From assembly GCA_965223425.1 (NCBI GenBank), contig OZ245003.1:1536001-1600000 (forward strand): 64,000 bases of DNA. The letters run 5' to 3'. Shown here in pieces: positions 43,078-52,611 of the stretch. The notes under the pieces were generated by a model. It searched no databases and was not told the DNA's origin. It saw nothing but the letters and a program-made list of their open reading frames with translations. Made by a program: the position numbers and the translations under genes. This stretch comes from Nitrosopumilus sp. GTDB lineage: Archaea; Thermoproteota; Nitrososphaeria; Nitrososphaerales; Nitrosopumilaceae. Positions within the stretch are counted from its first letter, which is position 1, and each line of letters starts with the position of its first letter.

Positions 43078-44760
43078 ATGACAAAGGAAGAACATCAATA
43101 CAGAGTAATATCAAAGATGGATTGCAAAAAAATATCTAAAAAACTCAGATCCACAATTTTAGAGTTAAATGTAGGTGATGAGATCAGCGTAAAATCCTTT
43201 TTTGAGAAACATAAACAGGCACTTGATTTTAAAAATGACAGGACTGCCAGAAACAGAATCGCAAATGCGTTTAAAATAGCACATGTGGAAAACACGATTG
43301 AGAGAATAAATGACCCGGCCGCTCCCGAATGGTTCAAAAAACTGGATACTGTCTCTTTCTGGCAATTACAGCTTCGCGGCAGCAAGTTCAAAAACTCAGA
43401 TGGCACAAAAACCTCCACTACAAAAACACAGTACCTGTTCCATTTGTGGCATTTCAACAAATGGATATTGGAAAAAACATTCACAATAAACACACTTCAG
43501 GCAGGCAGTGGGGGCCATTTTTTACAAAAGACAGAGGCAAGAAAATTCAGGAATGTCGAGGAGGTTCTGAGGATTCTGGAACAGCCGTTTTTCGATCAGA
43601 AAAATGTAATCCGGATCATAAAGCAGTATCTCTTGGATGCTTCTCTGCATTCGCATAAAAAGGCATCATACATGGCTATAACCAAAAACGCAATCGTGTC
43701 ATACTTTGAGAAAAACGAGTACCCACTGAAAATCATGTTCAATCCAAAGGTACCATACAATACGGAAAGTGAGGACCAGAACATGTCCCTTTCAGACCTT
43801 ATGGAGTTTTTAACTACCGGAAAGCCGTCAATATTGGAAAAAACCGTATTCCTATGCAAGTTTCAAAGGGGACTGGATGTATCAACACTTGTTGACAGGT
43901 TCAACTATGAGGCATGGGAACAGGTTGCAAAATGGTTCGGTTCAGAGAACCATGACTCGTGGGATTTGGAAAAGTGTCCGGTGCCCGTATCCCTTGTTCG
44001 GATAAAGACAGACTACAAGCACGTTGGATTTTTGGACAGGGATGCAATTGAGATGTTGCAGAAATATCTGGATTACAGAAAAACAAAAACAGAAACAGAT
44101 ATGCAAAAAGGGGAACCGTTATTTCTGAATAAATTTAACAGGGCGATATCTGCTGGATGGATGTTTAATAGTTTCTCACGCATTGCAAAAAGGGCCGGAA
44201 TCCAAAAATTTACGGAAATCAATGGCAGAAAACAGTACAAGATGGACTCGCACGAACTGCGGGACCTGCTAAAATCCACACTGATTGATTCCGGGTGCAG
44301 AATTGATGTGGCAGACCACGTCATTGGCCACAAGCCAAGGGACTCGTATGAGAAGCAGGCAATACTGTACCCCGAAACCCTGAGAAGGGAGTACTCCAAG
44401 GCCTCAAAGAGGCTCAACATATTTACAAAGTTCACAAGTGTCGTGTCAGGAAATGATGATGCAGACGAGCTGGGGGTGGAACTGCGGGAGAAACTGTCGG
44501 AACTGGAGAAGATAAGGGAAGGCAGGCTTGATGAGGAGGCGGCAAGGTATCGCAGCGAAATGGTTGCAGCAGAGCAGAAGAGGCAGATGGGGGGCCTCCT
44601 GGATACGGTAAACGAGCTCAAATCACAGATTGATTCCATGAAAAATGGCGGCCCCAAAAAACTAGAGTTTTGCTGCATTGACTGCAGTACCGTACATGGA
44701 AAACAAGAGTGTCCTTCCTGCGGTTCCATGATGAAGAGGATTTACGAGTCTTCTTCATGA
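43078..44760 (+). CDS. Tyrosine recombinase/integrase with C-terminal coiled coil and Zn ribbon
   Basis: RIKT (K), HELR (HxxR), IGH, SY (catalytic Tyr); CCIDC...CPSC tail. Confidence 0.85.
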   Translation: MTKEEHQYRVISKMDCKKISKKLRSTILELNVGDEISVKSFFEKHKQALDFKNDRTARNRIANAFKIAHVENTIERINDPAAPEWFKKLDTVSFWQLQLRGSKFKNSDGTKTSTTKTQYLFHLWHFNKWILEKTFTINTLQAGSGGHFLQKTEARKFRNVEEVLRILEQPFFDQKNVIRIIKQYLLDASLHSHKKASYMAITKNAIVSYFEKNEYPLKIMFNPKVPYNTESEDQNMSLSDLMEFLTTGKPSILEKTVFLCKFQRGLDVSTLVDRFNYEAWEQVAKWFGSENHDSWDLEKCPVPVSLVRIKTDYKHVGFLDRDAIEMLQKYLDYRKTKTETDMQKGEPLFLNKFNRAISAGWMFNSFSRIAKRAGIQKFTEINGRKQYKMDSHELRDLLKSTLIDSGCRIDVADHVIGHKPRDSYEKQAILYPETLRREYSKASKRLNIFTKFTSVVSGNDDADELGVELREKLSELEKIREGRLDEEAARYRSEMVAAEQKRQMGGLLDTVNELKSQIDSMKNGGPKKLEFCCIDCSTVHGKQECPSCGSMMKRIYESSS

Positions 44761-44918
44761 TATTGCCGGTGCGGCTTTTTCTTCCTTGATAGGAGATATC
44801 CATAGCATCCGTTGCAGAGTTTCTCACCGTCCCTTGATGCAGTCAGTTTTGATTTTTTCTGCCCTTTGCACCTGGCGCAGACAAACTCGACTGGCGTATC
44901 ATGGCGTATCAGCTTCAT
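44742..44918 (-). CDS. Small Zn-finger protein (58 aa, not in ORF track)
   Basis: Manual translation MKLIRHDTPVEFVCARCKGQKKSKLTASRDGEKLCNGCYGYLLSRKKKPHRQYHEEDS*. Confidence 0.65.
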   Translation of the reverse strand: MKLIRHDTPVEFVCARCKGQKKSKLTASRDGEKLCNGCYGYLLSRKKKPHRQYHEEDS

Positions 44919-45057
44919 TGGTGGCAGTTGATCATGATATGGTATATGACTTGTTGTGACGCCAGTTCCAAATAATGCGATTCCTGCCTAAACAGTGCCG
45001 TTAAATCCGCATTAGAAAATGAAAAAAATATTAGTGGATTTTTAATGGAGTGGGATT

Positions 45058-45384
45058 ATGGAGCCTGACTGTTATTCTGGCATGGCAACTGACCTGTTAA
45101 ACGCAGGAATGGGAGATGTCGGCAGACTGGAGTTTATACTCAAATGCATCAAAAATCAAAAGCCCTTGTACAACACTGACAAGTCATATCTGACACGAAA
45201 ACACCTGGAACTTGAAACAAAACTGGAGACATTGTCAGGGAATAAAAAACCCGGGATCGCAACACCTGAAAGCGAGTCAGACAGGATTGTGGACCGGGCA
45301 CTGTCCAGGGGAAAACATACTGGGACTGCCAGGCTTCCGGACAAGAAGGGTTCGTTTCTTGTAAGGCTGTTTGGCAGAAGATGA
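45058..45384 (+). CDS. Hypothetical protein
   Basis: 108-aa ORF; GDVGRLEFI...PLYNTDKSYL segment. Confidence 0.6.
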   Translation: MEPDCYSGMATDLLNAGMGDVGRLEFILKCIKNQKPLYNTDKSYLTRKHLELETKLETLSGNKKPGIATPESESDRIVDRALSRGKHTGTARLPDKKGSFLVRLFGRR

Positions 45385-45396
45385 CAAAAAATCCTG

Positions 45397-45837
45397 TCAG
45401 CAAAAGGACTCTATCTGTTTTTCATTCAAATGCTCGCAGATCCGTTTTTTGCAGTCATCCTGATTTTCATAAGAGATGATTTTTGCCCCGTGCTTTTCCA
45501 GCAGTCCCAGAATAAATCGGGATGGCTGGCTTGCAACGTCATACACGCATATGACGTCCTTTCCGTCCTGAATGGCCATTGCAATCTCGGCACCCATTCC
45601 AGTTGAGGGCTCGTCGATGACTGCCAGTATCTTGTCGGAGCTCTCCAAATTTTTAAAGTCCATCTCAAAAACCTGGCTGAATGACAGCTGGGTGTGGACT
45701 GCCGGGTCGCTTTTCTTGTGTGGGAGATAAGGCTCGTGTCCGCATTCTGCGCAGACTGATCCAAGCCATTCATAAAACTCGTAAATTTTTTTCCTGTCCG
45801 ATACGACCTTCAGGGCCCCGGAAATGTATATCTTCAT
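45397..45837 (-). CDS. Nucleoside 2-deoxyribosyltransferase / DNPH1-like N-glycosidase
   Basis: KIYISGAL, PYLPH, VFEMD...SD...PSTGMGAEIAMA signature. Confidence 0.82.
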   Translation of the reverse strand: MKIYISGALKVVSDRKKIYEFYEWLGSVCAECGHEPYLPHKKSDPAVHTQLSFSQVFEMDFKNLESSDKILAVIDEPSTGMGAEIAMAIQDGKDVICVYDVASQPSRFILGLLEKHGAKIISYENQDDCKKRICEHLNEKQIESFC

Positions 45838-45956
45838 AATGGGTATCGGCCGTCTGAATATAATAGTTTTTTTGTGGTTTTTGTCATTGGCCGTTTGATG
45901 TAATTTGCTGGCATGTCTTTTTTCTCCGCAAAAGGATGTCCGTTCTATTTGTAGTT

Positions 45957-47555
45957 CTATCTTGTAATCCTTTCCTCAAAGACATCGGGGTGAATTATGT
46001 GCAGCCTGCCGCCCGTAATTTCATTTATCTCATCTGAAAATAATATAATGTCCCCGTCTCCCGTTAGCAGGATCACCCTTTCGTTTTCTGCCTTTCTCAT
46101 CGCATATGCAATTATCCTCATGTCGTTTTTTGCCTTTACAAACAGTCCTTGGAGGGCCTCCTTTCTTAGTTCGACATTAAGGTGTGGAATATCGGCCAGA
46201 TGTCTCTCATCCCTCTTTTCCTTCAATGGGAGATCATTGTGTCCTTTTTTGCTCAGTATGTCCCACACGTCACCTGCCTTCATTCTGAGCCATTCTCCTG
46301 CCTCTGATGAATTGTAGTCGCTTATGAGGTAGGAGTACATGTCGTTTAACAGCTTTAGATTCTTATCGTCGTCTTTTGCCATTTTTTCGAGAACATGGTC
46401 ATATAGATCCCGGTCCTCCTCTGTCTTGGCTGTTGCGGGTTCCGGATATTTGTATTCCTTCCAGACCTCCGGTGGTATGTCCACCATGTTGAGGTGCTCT
46501 TCCATAAATTTGAAAGTTGCAGATCGACAGAGCTGTGGAAATTCCCTGCCTTTTCTGCGCGCTACAAAATCAATCAGAACATTGGCATCAACCATTATGC
46601 GCTTGCCGTATACCGTATCTAAACTGTGTGTGCCGTGCGGTTCTTTATTCGGCGTTCCCTGTGATGAGGACTGCTCGTAGTGAGTTCTTTGTGGATTGGT
46701 GTTCTGCTCCCGTGCCGGTTTGTAAGGCGTTCTGTGGTAGCCTGAGTATTGTGGATAATTCTGAGGAGGGTAGTATACTTGCACTGGATATGGAATATGT
46801 CCTCCACCCCCTCCAACTTTGCCGTATCTTTTTATTCTCCTGTAAACCAGTAGGATAATTTTAATCAGAATTATGGGGAATGATATCATTATGATTATTA
46901 TGAGGATTACGGTGAAGCCTGACCGCTGTGATTCGGTCTCAAACATTATTTCAAGAAATGACACATAGGTATCAAAGGCGTTCTGCAGGTGAACAATTGC
47001 GATGTCTTGGGCCGTATCTGCGTAGCTGCCCACCATGTCCGTGACAGGCTCTGTTGACTCGAGAAATTGGTTGAAGAGATATGTCCTTTCTCCTTCTTCT
47101 TCCTGTTGATGTCCTGCCGGTGATGCCGGACTGTCGACATAGAACGTTGCGGTTCCCACCTCGCCTCCAAGCTCCGTATACACCAGCACCTTGTATTCTC
47201 CTGCGGGTTCTGCACTCTGTCCAAATACCGTGTATGCCGCACTTGACTTCCACAGGTCATTGCGATAGTCCTCCACAAGCAGGTTTGTCTCCTTGACTAT
47301 TTCCCCGTCGTGGGTGACAGTCATGAAATAGTGGCCGTCAGACGGGTTGTAGTTTTCAATTATAACTCCGATCTGCATCACCCTCTCATTATTCTCAAGG
47401 TGCAGCGTGTCCCCGCCTGGAAAATCCACAGTGATTCTCGTATCCTCGTATGCATGTGCGGCACTGCCGTCCAAGTACGGAAGCATCATAGTAGAAGCTG
47501 CCGCAATGAAAATGAGGGACATAATACTGCCGGCGGCCGGGTCAGTGCGACACAT
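45957..47555 (-). CDS. Single-pass membrane protein with cytoplasmic PIN domain
   Basis: Signal-like N-terminus, beta-rich extracellular region, TM FTVILIIIIMISFPIILIKIILLVY+RRIKR, then IMVDANVL...EVWKE...NDMRII...LLTGDGD. Confidence 0.75.
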   Translation of the reverse strand: MCRTDPAAGSIMSLIFIAAASTMMLPYLDGSAAHAYEDTRITVDFPGGDTLHLENNERVMQIGVIIENYNPSDGHYFMTVTHDGEIVKETNLLVEDYRNDLWKSSAAYTVFGQSAEPAGEYKVLVYTELGGEVGTATFYVDSPASPAGHQQEEEGERTYLFNQFLESTEPVTDMVGSYADTAQDIAIVHLQNAFDTYVSFLEIMFETESQRSGFTVILIIIIMISFPIILIKIILLVYRRIKRYGKVGGGGGHIPYPVQVYYPPQNYPQYSGYHRTPYKPAREQNTNPQRTHYEQSSSQGTPNKEPHGTHSLDTVYGKRIMVDANVLIDFVARRKGREFPQLCRSATFKFMEEHLNMVDIPPEVWKEYKYPEPATAKTEEDRDLYDHVLEKMAKDDDKNLKLLNDMYSYLISDYNSSEAGEWLRMKAGDVWDILSKKGHNDLPLKEKRDERHLADIPHLNVELRKEALQGLFVKAKNDMRIIAYAMRKAENERVILLTGDGDIILFSDEINEITGGRLHIIHPDVFEERITR

Positions 47556-47758
47556 GCATTGTGTATTGTGGCAAGTATGTTTTAACCCATGCGATCATGC
47601 GACGGCCTATTCCAAAGGACTGTCATAATGTGAGATTTATGACTGGTTTTATGGGGCGTGGAGACGACCCGACTCTGGGATAGTGGCCACTAAATTACAA
47701 ATCCTGGATTTGGAAAAAAACTCATTTGACAGTCGGCTTTTGTGCGATTGAATTGAGG

Positions 47759-47859
47759 GGAATGAGAGGCCAACCGAAAATGATTTGTTCAGAATGCAAG
47801 CTCGTATGTGCTTACCGTCTCATCCCCATTTTTCTATATCTTAGCTAAACTTGAATTTT
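47759..47859. repeat. ~100-bp repeated element, copy 1
   Basis: Diverged direct repeat of 49235-49333 with terminal stem GGAATGAGA/TCTCATCCC. Confidence 0.85.
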
Positions 47860-47875
47860 ATGAAATTGTCCGGCT

Positions 47876-48559
47876 CTATTCTTGAATACCTCTCAACTTT
47901 TTGAGGTTATCTTCCACTTTGTTCGGATACATTACCCACAACATGTCTCCTGTTATCTTTTTCATGTACCAGTCAAGTGTGGTGTGATCTCCGTCGTTTG
48001 ATATGAAGAACACATTGCATTTTTTTGCAAGTACGGCCGCCTGTGCAAGTAATAATGTGTCCCTTCCGCTGCGGGCAGATTTCTTCAACTTGCTTAACCG
48101 TTCCCTTTTCTCTGATGCCGAACATGTCACGTACGTTCCAAGTCCTTTTTTGACAAGCCAGTCGTGTGATTCCCTTCTGTCCGGATTGTTTGCCATCCAT
48201 AGTTGACGTTTTTGTATCTTGTCAAGTTCTTCTGCATGATTGCCTATCTTGTTTTCATAGTTTTCAAACCCGTCTTTTTGCAGTCCCTCATGTAGTTTGT
48301 CCATGGCCTCTTTTGTTTTATCTTCAAACATTGCCGTCCTTTTCCTGCTTGACGGGGTGTTTTTATTGCACATTATCAGTCGTCTTTCTACCTGGCTTGC
48401 ACTGGTCTTAAAGAATACCTTCCTTTCATTTTTTAACAATGTTTTTCTTAGACGGAGTACCAGCTCCTCTTCGGCTTCCTCCCTTTCGTCTCGTATATTC
48501 TGCAATCCAAAATAATACAATAGCGTGCTTGTGTCAAATGTTATGAGCAGTTCCTTCAT
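47876..48559 (-). CDS. Soluble PIN-domain protein (paralogue of the 45957 PIN domain)
   Basis: ITFDTSTL...RDTLLLAQA...FISNDGD. Confidence 0.75.
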   Translation of the reverse strand: MKELLITFDTSTLLYYFGLQNIRDEREEAEEELVLRLRKTLLKNERKVFFKTSASQVERRLIMCNKNTPSSRKRTAMFEDKTKEAMDKLHEGLQKDGFENYENKIGNHAEELDKIQKRQLWMANNPDRRESHDWLVKKGLGTYVTCSASEKRERLSKLKKSARSGRDTLLLAQAAVLAKKCNVFFISNDGDHTTLDWYMKKITGDMLWVMYPNKVEDNLKKLRGIQE

Positions 48560-48565
48560 TTCGGG

Positions 48566-48943
48566 TCAGACCCTCGATGGATGACGCTTTAACCCATTTG
48601 TTATCAGTATCTTTTGTACATCCGGAATCTTCCATGCGTACTGTACGCGTATGCAGTCTGGTTCCTCGCAACAGTTGCACCATGAGTTTTTTCCTTTCTT
48701 AAAGTATATGGACATAATTCTGCCAATCTTGTCCAGCCCGTCATCAAGTATTTTCACATGATCATCATGCATGTTGATGTGCGTCAACCGTTCTGAATAT
48801 TCCCGAACCAATTTTTTTATCACATCTGTAACGAATTGACTCTTGTTTTGCAATCTGAAATTTTTCACACATTCCGAATCCGAGATTTTTTCAATCGAGT
48901 CCGGTAACGATTTCGGTATTTTTTCCGTTTCCAATTCTGCCAT
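48566..48943 (-). CDS. Putative RHH-type regulator/antitoxin with Cys cluster
   Basis: KSQFVTDVIKKLVREY (RHH helix-like) and WCNCCEEPDC; directly upstream of the PIN gene and divergent from the early operon. Confidence 0.55.
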   Translation of the reverse strand: MAELETEKIPKSLPDSIEKISDSECVKNFRLQNKSQFVTDVIKKLVREYSERLTHINMHDDHVKILDDGLDKIGRIMSIYFKKGKNSWCNCCEEPDCIRVQYAWKIPDVQKILITNGLKRHPSRV

Positions 48944-49234
48944 ATGTTAAATTTTACACATATGTTATTAATTTTGCATGTTTTCAGGCTGTGAAGTTAT
49001 GGGAATATGGACATGAAATACGGATCTTCACACAATCACAGATTTCTTAATGTGGTTTGGACTGATTTTGAATCTGAAGACGCATCAAATCCTGTCTTTT
49101 TGGCATCTGATCCTTTGGCCCAAATGACCATTTACAATCAAGGACGACTGGTTGACGATCTGTTTTTATCGATCTAAACCGTAATTTACGGTACTATGAT
49201 TTACAAATTTCTGGTTTTTAAGGAAAATTCTGAT

Positions 49235-49333
49235 GGAATGAGAGGCCACGAAAATGATTTGCTTAGAATGCACACTCGTATGTACTTACCATCTCATTCC
49301 AAATTTGCTGTATATTAGCTAAACTTGAATTTT
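49235..49333. repeat. ~100-bp repeated element, copy 2
   Basis: GGAATGAGA...TCTCATTCC stem plus conserved TTAGCTAAACTTGAATTTT. Confidence 0.85.
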
Positions 49334-49645
49334 GCGATCAAAGTCAACTTTTTATATTTGTCAGTCCTTATAGAGTCTGCTTAGAATTGTCACACGAGAA
49401 AAAATCGTATGTATGGGAAGTAATAGCTTGCAAATCAAGAAAGCATGGTGATATTTGGCATGCCGATAATTACATGATTGAATTTGTAGCGGCCGCAAGT
49501 CTTCCTCTCTGGGCACTGTTGTTCCAGGGAGTGATGATGGTCTGACTCTGGAACAACATCCATTAAAAATTACAAATTACAACTTTGATTTTCGTTCTCC
49601 GTCCCTCGAAAATGTGTCCGCATGTAGAGTGGAGGTCGGCACATA

Positions 49646-50423
49646 ATGGCCTCACAAAAAAGCCACATACGGCACAGTTCCTGCGGAATTGTTCTCAACA
49701 AGCTTTACTTCGTCCTATACAACCCCAAGCGAAAGGGCGGCGAGACAACTTTCTGTCAGGAGTGGATGTGGTGCAACAAATGCCGTCACCCAGTCAAAAT
49801 CAACCAGTCTGATCCGCTAACAGAGGAGATAACAAATTGATGATTCAGCCAGTAACACGCTGTTGTAAAAACAACCCAGAGTATGAGATAACGTATCCAA
49901 CAAGTGACGCAAATAAAACACAGATTGTCCGCGTGTGCAACTCCTGTTTCCACCTTGAGAAAAAATCCAAAAACTATCCGGACAGGCTGATAAAACCGTT
50001 CCGGCGCGGGGCAAAAATCATACTATGCACAAAGTGCGGAACGGACATCAAAAGGGCCGGCCGGTGCAAAAAGTGCCATCCAAAAAAGCAGGGAGAAGAC
50101 CAGAGATGACTGCCCTTAGAGCAATAATTAAAAACAAGAACGGACACGGGCACCATTATTTTCAAATAAGGCCCAGGCAAACGCGGGACGTTGCAAACGA
50201 GACGCCCCAAAGATGGTCCTGCTGGTGCGGAGAGATAGTAGAGGAGGTAGTCTAAATGAATGAGATATTATTGGAATTTCATGAGCTGAAGGAAATTGCG
50301 AACTATCTGAAAATAGCTGTCCGAAAAGGCAACACAACATCCCCGAAAATACAGGCAGTTGTGTCCCTCATGGAGAGCGGCAGGAATCCAGTCTGCAAAA
50401 TTTCAGTGGAGGAGAAGAAATGA
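49646..50423 (+). CDS. Run of four small overlapping phage-type ORFs (49646-49840, 49837-50109, 50106-50255, 50256-50423), mostly Cys-rich
   Basis: TGA/ATG-coupled ORFs with CxxC motifs. Confidence 0.6.
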
Positions 50424-51091
50424 GCCATTCTGACCCAGTTGTGCCGGACTCTGAGATTTACAAAAAATTTGACGAGCAGGACGAAATCCAGATAATCAAC
50501 TCGGAAAAATACCTCGCAAGCGGACAGTGGCTCTACGAGGTGCAGGGACAATACTCCATATCATACGACGGCATACGCGCATTTGCCTCGTGGCTTGCCA
50601 GACACGGCATCACGGTACAGACCATATCATCTGAAATCACAATGCGCGGAGAGAAAGAGGAGGGGATGTTCCACGCCAAGGTCCGCGTCAAGGAGGCCAA
50701 CACCGGCGTGATATTTGAGGGCATATCCTCCCAGTCACAATACGGCGCAAGAAAGGACGGCACAAGATACTATGATTCCACGGCAGAGACAAAGTCACAC
50801 TCCAAGGCAGAAAGAAACGCGATAAGAAAGCACATTCCTCCCGACCTGATAGCGCAGTTCATCGAGGAGACAAAAAAGACCGGCAAGGTAAAGACGCTAA
50901 AGGAGACGGGAGAATGTCACAAATCCCATCCGAACAAAAAAACCAACTCAACATGGTGCAAGTGCGAAAAACCAAAGGTGCGCTTCCGGGCAGAAACGCA
51001 AGGCAAACACGCAGGATGTCATACATGCGTTGCCTGTGATCTGCCCGTACAGAACGCAGAGCAGATGCTAAAGGATGGGGACAAAGCATGA
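50420..51091 (+). CDS. Putative single-strand annealing protein (Rad52/Sak-like) with Zn-finger tail
   Basis: FHAKVRV...EGISS...AETKSHSKAERNAIRKHIP resembles the SSAP core; early-operon context. Confidence 0.5.
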   Translation: MSHSDPVVPDSEIYKKFDEQDEIQIINSEKYLASGQWLYEVQGQYSISYDGIRAFASWLARHGITVQTISSEITMRGEKEEGMFHAKVRVKEANTGVIFEGISSQSQYGARKDGTRYYDSTAETKSHSKAERNAIRKHIPPDLIAQFIEETKKTGKVKTLKETGECHKSHPNKKTNSTWCKCEKPKVRFRAETQGKHAGCHTCVACDLPVQNAEQMLKDGDKA

Positions 51092-51627
51092 CCTGGATAA
51101 CGAGGAAAATAAAACATGTCCATCCGGATGCCCAGTACATCACAATCTATCAAAAATCAGAGAAAGTGTCTAAAGTCCGAATGAAACATGTCCGTCTGGA
51201 TACCCATTACTACCTCGGAATTGCAAGCATATGCAACCAAGCGCGCCTCGGCAGCGGAACACAAGACATCACTTATGAGCCGCACATTGGACCACGCCTT
51301 AAATTCTGTCAGATCTGCAAAAGGATGCTAAAAACAGAAAAGATGTGTAAGATTGTAGCGGCAATAAACGACAGGATAAGCACGGCCCAGAGAAAACTAA
51401 ATGAGGGCGGCCTGCCTGACACCGCCCTCCAAGACATGGTGATGAATTATCTCTGTCACCCGGACACGCAAAGGCCGGTAAAAATATCAATACTCCAGGA
51501 AGCTATCAGAAACGAGTGTCCGAATGAATGTTTGGAATATCTTCTGATTACGCTGCTGACATCCGGCAGAATATCAATTTCAGACGATAAAATAAGTCCG
51601 TGTTTAATCGGGGAGATACCATCATGA
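51088..51627 (+). CDS. Hypothetical element protein
   Basis: ATGA-coupled to both neighbours. Confidence 0.6.
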   Translation: MTWITRKIKHVHPDAQYITIYQKSEKVSKVRMKHVRLDTHYYLGIASICNQARLGSGTQDITYEPHIGPRLKFCQICKRMLKTEKMCKIVAAINDRISTAQRKLNEGGLPDTALQDMVMNYLCHPDTQRPVKISILQEAIRNECPNECLEYLLITLLTSGRISISDDKISPCLIGEIPS

Positions 51628-52185
51628 TCAACTGCATATCTTATGTTACATGTGTCGGAGACCCTTCTGCCAGGGGGATGTCCGGCGCAGATGGTATGCA
51701 GCTGACGCGCGGGGTAAGTCGCACCCCCCGCGCATTCTGTTGTTTTCTATCTCAAATCATTTCAAATTTCGCTAATCGTTTCATGCGGTGTCGTCAAAAT
51801 ACTGTTGGCACGGGGAAACCGGCCATCCAGCACCGCATCCTTCATAACATACTGGCAGAATATTTTATAAAAAAACTGCGTGCGAGTCACACACACGGCA
51901 AAAACACTAGTAGCATCATGAGGATCTGCAGGTGCAATCATGAACCCCGGGATTCTGCGGGCCAAATGGCGCGCATGATGAAGGGGCGAGCGTTTGCATT
52001 TCTGGAATGCGCGAAAATGCATATGTCGTGTGTCAGTAACTTCAATAACTTCATACGACGTACAATAACATCGTTTACGTGTGGGAAGACAAACCGCTTT
52101 TTGTCAAAGTTTCGGAATCATGTCGTTGTCCTTCCATTCATGCCGAGAATTTTTTCACTGAAATACAGTCTGGTGAGAATATAAA

Positions 52186-52611
52186 ATGAATAATAATAAA
52201 GAGCTGAAACAACAAACCGACAACAATATCTATCTGAACCTAGAACGCGTGCACGGAGGATGGTATACACGTGATATCAATCGTGCTATAGAGTACATAC
52301 GGCATTTTGTTTTTCCAATGCAGGGTCTTGGTGTCAGAGCAAGTCATACCGGCGAGGGCTGGACACTGAGTGATCCTGTCACCATGACAGACAGGTATCT
52401 ATTTGATAGACATGCAGTGGTGAATGGCCGTACAACTTGGGAATTACTGTCCAGGAAGGAAATTGCAGAACAGCTTGTCAAGATTAAAAAGATTGCAGTA
52501 AATTGCAGAGGGAGCGACATTATCGACTACCAAAAAAACCTGGAAAGAACGAGATTGTTCCACGTGCAATATGAGAAGGAACTCGCAAAGAAGAAGGGTA
52601 AGATGGAATGA
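52186..52611 (+). CDS. Hypothetical element protein
   Basis: 141-aa ORF in the operon. Confidence 0.6.
   Translation: MNNNKELKQQTDNNIYLNLERVHGGWYTRDINRAIEYIRHFVFPMQGLGVRASHTGEGWTLSDPVTMTDRYLFDRHAVVNGRTTWELLSRKEIAEQLVKIKKIAVNCRGSDIIDYQKNLERTRLFHVQYEKELAKKKGKME

Noticed and set aside
44073-44729. 218-aa minus-strand ORF inside the integrase, and similar long antisense ORFs at 53927-54487, 54834-55445, 58777-59406 and 60593-61219
   Set aside because: Antisense shadows of better-supported genes, with Ser/Phe-rich composition and no motifs.
47759-49333. The ~100-bp repeats as tRNA genes or attL/attR
   Set aside because: No T-loop or cloverleaf can be formed, and the repeats enclose only two genes well inside the element.
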